A stretch of 64,000 nucleotides of DNA from the human T2T-CHM13v2.0 reference genome, Homo sapiens, in NCBI RefSeq assembly GCF_009914755.1, contig NC_060930.1; one strand, given 5' to 3'. Shown in pieces: positions 41,541 to 53,664 of the stretch (the first letter of the stretch is position 1; each line of letters begins with the position of its first letter). The position numbers and the translations under genes were made by a program. Below the pieces are notes generated by a model. That model saw nothing but the letters and a program-made list of their open reading frames with translations. It was not told where the DNA came from and did not search any database.

Positions 41541-43093
41541 CTTTGTAGTTTTATCTACCTTTGGTCTTTGATGTTGGTGACCTACAGATGGGGTTTTGTT
41601 GTGGATGTCCTTTTTGTTTATGCTGATATTATTCCTTTCTGCTTGTTAGTTTTCCTTCTAACAGTCAGGTCCCTCAGCTGCAGGTCTGTTGGAATTTGCT
41701 GGAGGTCCACTCCAGACCCTGTTTTCCTGGGTATCACCAGCAGAGGCTGCAGAACAGCAAATATTACAGAACAGCAAATATTGCTGCCTGATCCTTCTCT
41801 GGAAGCTTTGTCCCAGAGGCACCTGCCTGTAAGAGGTGTCTGTCAGCCCCTGCTGGGAGGTGTCTCCCAGTTAGGCTACCCAAGGTCAGGGATCCGCTTG
41901 AGGAGGCAGTCTGTCTGTTCTCAGAGCTCAAATGCCATGCTGGGAGAACCACTGCTCTCTTCAGAGCTGTCAGAGAGGGACGTTTAAATCTGCAGAAGTT
42001 TCTGCTGCCTTTTCTTCACCTATGCCCTGCCCACAGAGGTGGAGTCTATAGAGGCAGTAGGCCTTGCTGAGCTGCGGTGGGCTCCACCCAGTCTGAGCTT
42101 CCTGGCAGCTTTCTTTACTTACTCAAGCCTCAGCAATGGCGGACACCTCTCCCCCCACCAGTATGCAGCCTTGCAGGTCAATCTCAGACTGCTGTGCCAG
42201 CAATGAGCAAGGCTCTGTGGGCATGGGACCTGCCAAGCCAGGCATAGGAGAGGATCTCCTGGTCCACCAGTTGCTAAGACCATAGGAAAAGTGCAGAATT
42301 TGGGTGAGAGTGTCCCATTTTACCAGGTACAGTCTGTCACTGCTTAACTTGGCTAGGAAAGGGAAATCCCCTGACCCCTTGTGCTTCTTGGGTGAGGCAA
42401 CACCCAACCCTGCTTCAGCTTGCCCTCCATGGGCTGCACCCACTGTCAATCAGTCCCAATGAGATGAACCATGTACCTCAGTTGGAAATGCAGAAATCAC
42501 CTGTTTTCTGCGTCAATCACGCTAGGAGCTGCAGACCAGAGCTTTTCTTATTCGGCCATCTTGGAACCCAGCTCTCTACAGCAAACTTTAAATGAAGTAA
42601 TGAAAATTTAATTTACATTGAATTACATCCCATAGAATATTATTTGGAAGTTAAAGAATAGAGTTACAAGATTTTCCTTTGACTGTGAAACTATCTAGTA
42701 GGCCAAAATGAAATATATTCAAAACAATATTTGGAGGAAGGCAGCCTCAATTTTTTGTTAAAGTATTTTGATATTTGGTCATATAAAATTTGGGGGGTCA
42801 TAAACTTTCTGAAACAGTTATTTCTTTCTTTCTTCTTCCTTTGTTTCTTTTTTAAAAGAAAAAAATACAGGGCATTTTATAGTTCTCTCCCTTTAGTCCT
42901 GGATTATTTTCAATAGCCAAAAACTGAAGAAAAGAAAAAAAAGTTTGTCAGCTGGTGAACAGGTATACTAATTGTGGTACATCCATCCATGCAAAGGAAT
43001 ACTACTTAGCAATATAATGAATGAATTACTGATAATATGCAACAACATGAGTGAAGCTCAGGAGAGCATATAGGATAGAAAAAAATACATTTG

Positions 43094-43930
<837 letters not shown>

Positions 43931-44660
43931 AAAGTAAGCAAGAAGCAACAAATCTATCCAAGACCATCTACAGTGGTTCTAATATTCATATATTTTGCAG
44001 AGTGTGTTTTTCTTTAGCCCAATACATTCACTTATATATAAACCTTAAAACTCAATAAGCCTTTACCAGTCTCTTTAAATTATCTAATTCCACTAACTTT
44101 CTTGAGTGAATAGTGAAAGATGAAAATAGTCATTTCATTTTAATTTACTACATATTTAATTATTACTACTATTATTATTATATCCAGAATTTCCTAGGAA
44201 ATTATTAAAAAATAATTTTGTTTTCATTAGCTTTTTAGGATAATCTATGCATCTAAGACAATGGTATTAAAAAATCTTACATTTTATTTATGAAATTTTC
44301 ATGGGAATTGAAAATCTCTAAAACAAATATTTCAATATCAGTACTCATTCTACTGTAAATCAAATATAGAAAGTATACAAAGAGCTATTCAGATATGTAA
44401 AATATACAGTTAATAGGTTACATAATTTATCATATATCATTGTATAATTATCGTATATTTTCTTTAGTCAGAAAATTTCTGTATATATTACGGACTCATT
44501 TCTGAAGACAAATTTAGCCTAAAGAGACTGACTAGCCCCTAAGCTCACTTTAACAAAAATAAAGATTGCCACCTGAATGTGTCTTATTGCGAAGGATCGG
44601 CCTAAGTTTTAACACCAAGCACCCAGTGGAATTTTATTTAGACTAAAAGAAATAATTTTT

Positions 44661-44988
<328 letters not shown>

Positions 44989-47706
44989 TCAAACTACTCC
45001 TCTTCCCCATGTCTCTTTTGAAAATGTTCAAAGTTTTGTGAATTTTTTTCTACATAAACATGATGATATTAACAGTAATTTTTACAATCCAATTGTTCCT
45101 AAGTGTATTAAAATTTAATGTAGTTTGGCAATGGCAATTCCAGAAAAAGTATAATCTGCATAAAACATGAGGCAGCATGAAGCAGAGTTATTCAGAGGAC
45201 ATTCAGGCTTCCACTGTCAATGTTCACAATTCAATTCTATGCCATGAAAACATGCACACACATACTTACAAAAATATGCTAGTTTACAGTTCAGAGTTAA
45301 GGACAGTTTCATTGTCTCAGTGGTGGATCAGACACATCTTTCTTCTCTCTAGGTGCTTCCAACTGTTCAGATCTCAGATACAGAGGGATATATCATTATA
45401 GAGCTTGCCAAATCTGACACTCCTTATTCATGGGCAGGTCAGAATTGTCATGAATCTCAAAACGTAACATCTTATTTATATGTTTTATATAGAGGTATCA
45501 TAACGTTAAAATAATTTTTATATTATTAAATGTGGGTCGAATGAATTTAGCCATAACACACACCTACAGGGAATTTGTAATATGCTATATTAACATTATT
45601 ATGATCAGCCATCAACTTCCACTTATTTTATTCTCAGCAATTTAGATGTGAAACAGATGATGCTAACTTTAGGGAATTCAACTTTTATTTTAGGATCTAG
45701 AATGTGAAAAAACAAAAAGGAGTGAAAGGTAGGAGTGGACAAGTCAATTCTTGGCAATAAGAAACCTTTTAAATCCTGCTAGGGTCCAATGAATCACACA
45801 ATTACATACATAGAACAGGATAGCTAAATGAATGAATTTATCCACATGCCTATAGCACCAGAACAACTAGGAATTACTTGTTTCTCCCCTCTGAGATTAA
45901 GAGTAAGAAACACAAAATCAAACTCTCACTAAGTATGCTCAGCTATTTTATTTATCTGTTGTTGTTTGATTGTTAGTTGGTTGGAAAGTTTATTGGGTTG
46001 GTGTTTATTACTTTCTTTTTAAATAAAACTATTATCCATACTGGAAATCAGTCACTTTCACAAATGTGATTCACTTTCTTACCATATAGGTTACTTATGT
46101 ATATCATAAACCTAATTCTTAGCTATTAGTGAATGAAATGAGTCATGAGCAAAGGCTGACTTACATCTTTTATTTTATTCCCACCGATTAATTTCCCAAA
46201 TTCAGAAATATATAGATAAGAAAAAAAATCAAAGCAGTATAATCTGTTTGGTTCACCTAACTCACTCAACCCTATGCTAGAGCCAAGCCTCACTACCTTG
46301 TTCAGGAGTTAACTAGCACAGAAAACAGGCAGTAGTCATTTTTATGCACTAAAAACCTCAGTAGAACTCCTTGCAGAGATATCCAACATTTTGGATTCAT
46401 TATTCAGTTGAGATGGCAATTAATTGAAACTCTCTTATTTTCCAAATTTGCCATAAACTAGTGAACACCTGGATCAAAGCGAATTATTGTTCTTCTCTTA
46501 TCTTCCGCTGCTTTATCATGGTTACCTGGAGCCAGGCTGGAGGGAGAGATTCATACTTGCCTAAATGGTAAGAGAGCACTTAGGAAGTTTAACCCAAACC
46601 TGTATTTCTAGAAAATGTACTACTATTATCTGCAGAGAAATAGATCCTTGCAATATAAAGCTGATAGTTACAATTTGCATAAGAAAATATTGTAATGTCA
46701 AAATGGAGTTTCAGCTTGGAATGAAAAAAGATACCACTGGGGCATGACAGTAATGATCATTTATTTTACAAGTCTCAAGAGGACCTCCCTGGTGAGAACC
46801 CATGCTGATATTCTGTATCAGCTTACCTTGTACAAGTGGATATTAACTGCACACAAAGCGGAAGCCAATTTTATTGTAAATTTTTTCATTGCTAAGATTG
46901 ACTCACAAGAGGCTCATTTTCTGTGCGTCCCAAAGGACGGCAGTCATGCAGCGTTGTTTAAGCAAACTCATTACTGTTCAAGCAATGCCACATAAACCTT
47001 CCATCTAAAACAACAAATTATATAGTATAAACATGCTTCTTTAAACAAACACTCTAAAGCCAGGGGAAGCTATAGCTACAGCAGGAATCTAGACATTTCT
47101 TATTAAGACAATAAACATAGGTATCAAAACAGACTTTTTTTGGTCTATATATTTTTTAGTGGATACTATGTGATAAGTGATTTATGTTTATAATCTCATA
47201 ATTGGTACCCAGACAGAATTGTCACATGAACTGAGTCTCTCTGACTCTAAGTTCTGGACTCTTGTTCAAGTGTACTGCAGTCTCTAGCTCTATGAGTTTT
47301 TAGTCCAATATTAAGAATTTTTGGACTGCTGTTTCCATATTATCTAGAATTTAGCCCCATCCCAAATTTAGAATTCTTCTTGCTTCTACTTACTGGAAAT
47401 TTGGAAAGCATGAAAGTTTAGTAACAATTCATGTTGGTGGTTTTAGGAACATATTATTCCCTGGCCAACCTAATGATGATGTCTGATGTCTGGACCCGAC
47501 CAACTTGGAACTATCAAAAGGCCAAATTCTGTTGTCTCAACCAAGAAAACCTATGCTTTTGCGTCTTTCCAAGAGTGAACCTGTACCATACTTTATGCCC
47601 TTAGGCTCTGAACTCAGGTTACCTGGGTTAGAAACTTGTCTCCATCATTTACTAGCTGTGTAAGTTCCAGCAAGTTATAAACTTCAGCTCCATATCTGTA
47701 AAATGG

Positions 47707-48200
47707 TGACTGTCATAGTAAAGTTGCATTGATGGAGTTAAGCAAAGAAGACTTTATTCAAGACTATTGAAATAGAAGAAATAATTTAAGGTTAATTCTT
47801 CTGAAACAGGTAGGGGTTTTTTAAGCCTTGAGGTGAGCAGGTGGAAAAGTACTGGAGGAAACTGGGGAGGTTGGTTAATGTGATAAGGCCATCTGAGTTT
47901 ATTAATTGGCACATGAAAATTAGGTACCCACCATCCCACAGAGACTAGGAGATAGAGGCAATATCTCCTTCCCTGATTACATTTCAAAAGATTAGCTCCC
48001 ACATCCTGGAGAAAGACATTCTCAGGTTATAAAACTGGCAGGAGGCTAGCAGAAGATTTATATCTGAAAGAGGCAGAAAATGATTCTACAATTTAAAGTT
48101 TTAAATGCTCAAAAAAAAAGGGACATTAGGGGCTTAGAGTCAGAAAGAAGCCTGTCTACAGTTTTGTCAAGCTGAGGGGAAAGTTAAAGCTGTCTTGATC
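47707..48200 (-). mobile_element. ERV1 solo LTR (MER67/MER31 group) splitting a MIR
   Basis: Ends gaagcctgtcta.agttt.gtcaagctgagggga..ttaa.gc.gtcttg.tca; the MIR core ctgtaaaatgg resumes as gataataat after it. Confidence 0.7.
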
Positions 48201-48490
48201 AGGAGATAATAATCATAGCTTCCATGGTTGCTGGGAGGATGGAGACTGATAATGCCTACTGACCTGTATCACCACTGTGGTTGGTATAGGGTGAGTACTC
48301 AACATGTAGTAGTAGGTATTACCTTTATCCCCATATTAATCTCTGTTTTCTAACAACTGATTACTGCTCCTACTCCTCCCCTTGCTAGCAATCACACAGT
48401 TTGGACATTTCATTGCACCGTGTATCCTCATCATCTGCACAGGTCAATTTTACAGCATTCTCTCTGGCTCTCTCTTGAAACCATCTAGGC

Positions 48491-49040
48491 CAGAGGTTTT
48501 TAAACAGTCTCAGTTCATGGTGCCTTTAATGTCTCAATATTTTTTCACACCAAATCTAAAAGAAAAGAAGTACTTAACAATTCTATTTATGAATCAATTA
48601 GGTCCAAACAACTTAATAAATGGATTGGTCCTAACAATTTAGTAGCTGTTTGAAAAAATAATGGAAATAAATCTAAAAGATAGCATTTTTATTCAGTCTT
48701 AACCACAGTTACTTGCTAATGGAATGTGTGCCTGTGCTACTCTGTGCAGCTTCTCAAACCTTGGAGTCATGGTGTACAAGTCTACCTTTATTTGTTATTC
48801 TGCATTGATTTTTAGTAATATTTGATTTTTATCACAACCACTGAAAACACAAAAATATGACATCATTGAAAGGAATGGATCACAATCTAAGGTTAAATGT
48901 GTGAACTATCTCAAGCTAATAGTTTATTCTGTGCCCTACATATATCGCTGTGTTTCCCTCAAACATTGAAAATACTGTACAGGATCTTGTGAGTCCTTGA
49001 TGGTACCCCAGGGCACGTGAGCAGTTAGTTTGGGAAATGC
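48491..49040 (+). mobile_element. MER119-like hAT-Charlie element
   Basis: cagaggtttttaaacagtctcagttcatggtgcctttaatgtctcaat .. gtttgggaa. Confidence 0.65.
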
Positions 49041-49242
49041 CAAACAGGCATGCCAAAGGTACCAGAGTAACCTTTAAATCTTTCTCCCAAACCTTTCATA
49101 TCCAATCAACAATAAAGATGTGTCTATCCTGCCATTTTAATGTCTTACATATTTATTCTTTCTTCTCTATGCCTACTGCCAGTCTATTCCTTCATCCTCT
49201 CTCAACTGGAAAGCTGAGCAAACAGTTCAACTTCTACCCCGA

Positions 49243-49796
49243 TGAGATAGCTAATATTATGTGTCAACTTGATTGGATCAAAGGATGCCTAGACGGCTGG
49301 TGAAGTATTGTTTCTGGGTGTGTCTGGGAAGGTGATGCCAGAGAAGATTGAGATTTGATTTGGTAGACTCTAAGAGGTGCCAATGTGGGTGGGCACCATC
49401 CAATTGGCTGCCAGCAGGGTAAGAACAAAGCAGCCAGAAGGAGGAGGATAAGCAGCTTGCAGCATTTCTTGCTCTCTCTCTTCCCTTGCTACAAGCTTTT
49501 CTTCCTCTCTCCTGCCCATGGACATCAGACTCCAGGTTCTACAGCCTTTGGACTCCGGGTCTCCCTTGGGGCTCTCCTGCCTTCAGCATCAGACTCAAGG
49601 CTGCACTATCAGCTTTCTTGGTTTTGAGGCTTTCAGACTTGGACTGAGCCTCTACTGGCTTCTCTTTTTCCCCAACTTGCAGATGCCTATCGTGGGACTT
49701 TGCCTTGTAATCGTATGGGCCGATTCTCTCTAATAAACTCCCTTTTATGTGTGCATATATCCTATTGGATCTGTCTCTCTGGAGAACCCTAATATA
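49243..49796 (+). mobile_element. MLT2B-type (HERVL) solo LTR
   Basis: tatgtgtcaacttgattggat..ggatgcctaga..gggtgggcaccatccaat..ctggagaaccctaata. Confidence 0.88.
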
Positions 49797-51362
49797 CTCA
49801 ATTTTCTCTCCTCCAACTTATTTTCCATCTTTCTGCCAGTGCCAGACTTTTTATTTAAAAATCCCGATCTATCTTTGTTTCACTTGCATGACATTCTTCA
49901 GTGGCTCCTTTGATATCATGATCTGACCCCTGTGAATTCTCAGCGCTTTCCACGTCTTCAACCTCTATCCAGCTGTAGTCAGCTACATCCATGCCACATA
50001 TTCTTTCTTACTTCATTGACATTGTTGCTGCTTTATCTTACTAGAAGCCTTTCTAGCCCTTTATTCACCTGGTGAATGACTACATAATTGTCAAATATTA
50101 GTCCAAATGTCACTTTTCCTGATGTTCTTATAGTGTCTCACTTGTCTGTACCAACATCACTCCGTGAATACCTTCATAAGGGCACTTTTCAAAACATGAT
50201 AGTGCTTAGACCAATAGCCATCACTTATTGGAAACTTCACTAATATTAAGTTGATGAAATAATATGAATAATATATGTCAGTTTAGGCAATAGATAAATG
50301 TTCTGTAAAGCCACCCTATTCTATCTCCTTTTTGAGAGCCTAGACTAGAATGAAGCTGTCTTTGAACCTGTTTCCACAGAGGTTGACCAATTCTTTTTAG
50401 AGAAAACTACTCTGATACATTTTAAAGAAAACCTATAAAATTTGGAAATATGGTGCATCCTTTAAAAAGAAATTTAGATTACATACGGGAGGCCACAATT
50501 CAAGCTTGACCCCTGTTCTTATCTTGTCATACCCTGCCTATGCCAGCAATAAACCAACCCAGTCCAGTACTTCTGCAATAGAGCCACAATAGAGTCTCTG
50601 ACAATCCCTTGAAGAATGGCTTCAAACCACCAGGTTGAAAGCCCTAGCAGTGCCATCTGGAAATCTCTCCTTCTGCATTGTGGCCTGTAATGACTGGCAA
50701 AATCCAGAAATCAGTGAATCAGGAACTTAGAAAAACATGAGAAGCTAGGCTTTCAGAGACTGCAAGGGAAAAAAAACCATCTTAACCTAGTCTGCCTTGC
50801 ATAGGGTTCAGAAAATCGCTGGGCATTTTAAAGGAAATTCTGCCCTTTGAGTCTAAGTACAATGTCATAGCAATGAACTCCCATTCATTCTCATACAATC
50901 CACTCAACCAGATAACTGTGAAACATTCTTGCTTCCTTACTTTTGGGAATAGGGCCTCTGGAGAGTCATGATCCACTATCACATAGACTACATATTTGAT
51001 GGTCTCAAACTCCTTACTACCATCATCTTGGCAGATAATGAAATTATAAAATATTTGTCTCATAAAAGAGTTTAATGGTCTCTTTACCCCATCAGTTAAA
51101 GCCTTAGTATTCTTTACATGAAAAAAGAGGAATGAGCTTTGTAGAGTTTCTGTGAAATCACCACTGGAATTTATCCCTGATACCTCTAAATCCCAACCTG
51201 TTGAACTATTTACAAGATGTCCAGATTCTTCTCAGTTTTGGATTTTCAAAAAGTAAATGAGAGGATTTAAATAGAAAAACACCTTCCACTTATAATTAGG
51301 CAAATCAGAGATCCAATTAGGGATTTTGACTCTTCACATATGTCACTAATGGAGTTCCCATA

Positions 51363-51788
51363 TGATATGGTTTGGATGTTTTTCTCCTCCAAATATCATA
51401 TTGAAATGTGATTTCCAGTGTTGGAGGTAGGGCCTGGTGGGAGATATTGGGTCATGAGAGCGGATCTCTCATGAATGGTTTAGCACCATCTCCTTGCTGA
51501 TTGGTGAGTTCTTGCTTAGTTAGTTTACAGTTTTGAGATCTGGTTGTTTAAAAGAGTCTGAACCTTCCCCAGTTCTCTCTTTCTTACTCCCTCTCACCAT
51601 GTGATATGCCTGTACCCTCTTCACCTTCCCTCATGACGGGAAGATTCCTGAGGCTATCCCCAGAAGCAGATGCTGGCACCATGCTTCCTACATGGGCTAC
51701 AGAACTTTAAGTCAATTAAATCTCTTTTCTTTATAAATTACTCAGCCTTAGGTATTTCTTTATAGCAACTCAAGAACAGAATAATATG
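51363..51788 (+). mobile_element. MSTB-type MaLR solo LTR
   Basis: tgatatggtttggatg..ttggaggtagggcctggtgggag..cagaagcagatgctggcaccatgcttcct. Confidence 0.9.
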
Positions 51789-53664
51789 TCATATATCTAT
51801 GAATGAGATTTTTCATAATTCAGTGAAAAAAGGGGAAAACTAACCACTTAGCCATAAATCAGAGGATGCTTATAGCAGTACTGTCTTCACATTTTGAAAA
51901 CATCTGCTTTGATTGTATACAGCTGTGAACTCACAGGTACTACTCCTCCAAAAAATAACAAGATTCAGTAGCTTTACAGGTTTGTGGACAACAGGTAATT
52001 ACTAGTTTTACAGGTTGGTGTTTGATTTCCTCAGTGTCTCTTCTCAAATTCTCCCTCCAAAGGATATTTAACAAAATAAAGGAAGGTTTTGGATTGAAGA
52101 GATGTCCAAAAGTCTGGAATAACACTTGACTTATGGCTACACTGCTATACAGACAACCAAGTGGAACATGTGAGCATGTAAGCCTAGTTATAAGTGCTAC
52201 ATCTCACAAAAATGTGAGATGTTAAAAGCCCCAAGTCCTAAGGTTTATCAGGTCATTTATTCATTTGATCTGCCAATATTTAAGGGCCTTCTCTGTGCAA
52301 GATGTTGTGGATACAAGAAAACATAAGGTCTCAGTTCTTAACAAGCTTACATTGTAATGGGCAGTTGATCAGTACCACCTTTACATATGAGCCCCATAAT
52401 TTGGATGGAACCACATGTAACAAGCACAAAAACAATTCATGCTTTAAGGGCTTTGACTCTCAGGTTTTGGTGTTCAGCATCAAATCAGGACAACCTATAA
52501 CCCCAAACATGATTCTCAGACTCTAGGGAAAGACTTTTTCACATTTTATGCTTTGTCTTCAAAACCAAAGGCCACCATGTCTGAATGATGTGAAGGTTTG
52601 TATGTTATGTTGCTGATATTGTCAAAGGATGCTGACACTGCTATGGAGTATGGAGAACATTGGAACAGCATATGCACTTAGGTAAGAGAAAAGCAAACTT
52701 AGTTAAATTGCAAAATCCTTTCCTTCAGATAGCATGATGCTTTGGTCTCTAATATAACAGAATCATTCCTAGATGAGCTGAGCACTCATTTTCTTGCTGA
52801 AGATCTGTTTCCATTCATGTTTCCAAAGGTACTCAGAATTAGTGCTGTTTCACAAGTTCCCGTGGCAGCTGAGGAATATTTAGCATTGTTTAAAAAGGCT
52901 TTCACTCTTAAATATATGTCTATGTAAGCCTAAATGTAACATGCTTAGAGTATGGTTTATATTCTTCACACTAGCAAGGAGATGGACATTGAACATGAGA
53001 ATTTCTAAGTTTTCTTTCCACAAAAATATCTTATAAGATTTCAGATATTTTAAAAATTAAACTAAAAATGTAGCTAAATTTAAATAATTAAACTTTAACT
53101 TTTGTTGTTTATTAATTATTGGATTCTGCATTTACTACATATTGCTGAAATATTTTAGAAGAAAAGTAAGTTTGAATATATCTGAAAATAGTTTAAATTT
53201 TTCAAGTTTTTATACTAACATATTACATTTCTATAAAAGTATATTCAAAGCCTGTTTATTTTAAATATAAATAATTTTTAACCATTTATATCATCAATAG
53301 AACACAAGTTATTTAAAATCTTCATTAAGTAATCAGTGATTTTGCTGAAATAAAAAGGAAGATTAATTTTAAAGAATAAATAAGACTTTAAAGAATTATA
53401 TGTGTCTTGATTTAGCTAAAAATTGCAGACTCATCAGCAGAAAATAATACATACATAATAAAAATTCAATTTTGATTTCTAAATATGTTCCAGTGTTTGG
53501 TAATATAATCATAGTATTTTGATTTTTTAAAAATCATTATGAAGGCAAGGAGGTAAAACATTTTACTCAACATTTTGGTAGTTCCATTTTTAGCTATGAA
53601 TGTTTGGCATATAGTATGTGGGCTTGCATTTGTATTCTTGTCCTCGATTGTCAGTGATATGATG

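Larger units (their letters stand above)
36370..42574 (-). mobile_element. Full-length L1PA (L1PA6/7-like), inactive
   Basis: 3'UTR, ORF2, ORF1 and 5'UTR (ending ..ggccatcttgg) all present; perfect 16-bp TSD tctacagcaaacttta at 36354-36369 and 42575-42590. Confidence 0.97.

Noticed and set aside
36370-42574. Active L1
   Set aside because: ORF1 and ORF2 are broken by many frameshifts and stops, there is a (TTTG)n expansion at ~37818-37856, and the promoter is CpG-decayed.
52199-52222. Perfect 10-bp hairpin acatctcaca-aaaa-tgtgagatgt
   Set aside because: Too short to distinguish from chance in 64 kb of AT-rich DNA.
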